Virus record (IMG/VR): IMGVR_UViG_3300031555_004037
DNA: 64,000 bases
Reading direction: 5' to 3' (one strand)
From: a virus
Taxonomy: Duplodnaviria; Heunggongvirae; Uroviricota; Caudoviricetes
The notes below the pieces were generated by a model. It was not told the origin of the DNA and searched no databases. It worked only from the letters and a program-made list of their open reading frames with translations. Positions 63,907-64,000 of this stretch are shown here, one piece after another (within the stretch, counting starts at the first letter, position 1; every line of letters begins with the position of its first letter). Made by a program: the position numbers and the translations under genes.

Positions 63907-63928
63907 GATATAAATAGGAGAAATAAAA

Positions 63929-64000
63929 ATGGATATTAAAGATGCAAAGCGAGAAGTAGCAGACTCTTATAAAATGCTACAACCAATTATTGATGAAATT
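63929..64000 (+). CDS. Partial ORF at window end
   Basis: AGGAG SD, open to the edge. Confidence 0.5.
   Translation, partial: MDIKDAKREVADSYKMLQPIIDEI

Overview
Very AT-rich segment of a large phage-like genome. The host is most likely a low-GC Firmicute, inferred from strong SD sites, TTTACA/TTGACA-N17-TATAAT promoters, and HU/SmpB. No virion genes lie in the window, so viral identity is an inference. Left part (1-38.5 kb): DNA-modification cluster (5 methyltransferases, Lar-like, Mom-like), nucleotide metabolism (ThyX, dUTPase), RNA end-healing enzymes (Thg1-like, CCA-adding, PNK-like, nucleotidyltransferase, YhaM), and a replication operon (clamp-loader subunits, beta-like clamp, a split family-A DNA polymerase whose halves carry intein-like tails). 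Right part (38.6-59.3 kb): an RNA island with 36 tRNA or tRNA-like genes covering all 20 amino acids, none encoding CCA. It also holds tmRNA+SmpB, a ~720-nt ornate ncRNA, at least four 140-195-nt 'expanded tRNA' RNAs (acceptor and T-arm kept, middle replaced by pseudoknotted domains), and many self-closing structured spacers. Also present: a phage sigma factor with a candidate 13-bp promoter motif and a membrane diguanylate cyclase. The most promising undescribed system is the tRNA-punctuated ncRNA array. All assignments are by eye; no databases or folding programs were run.
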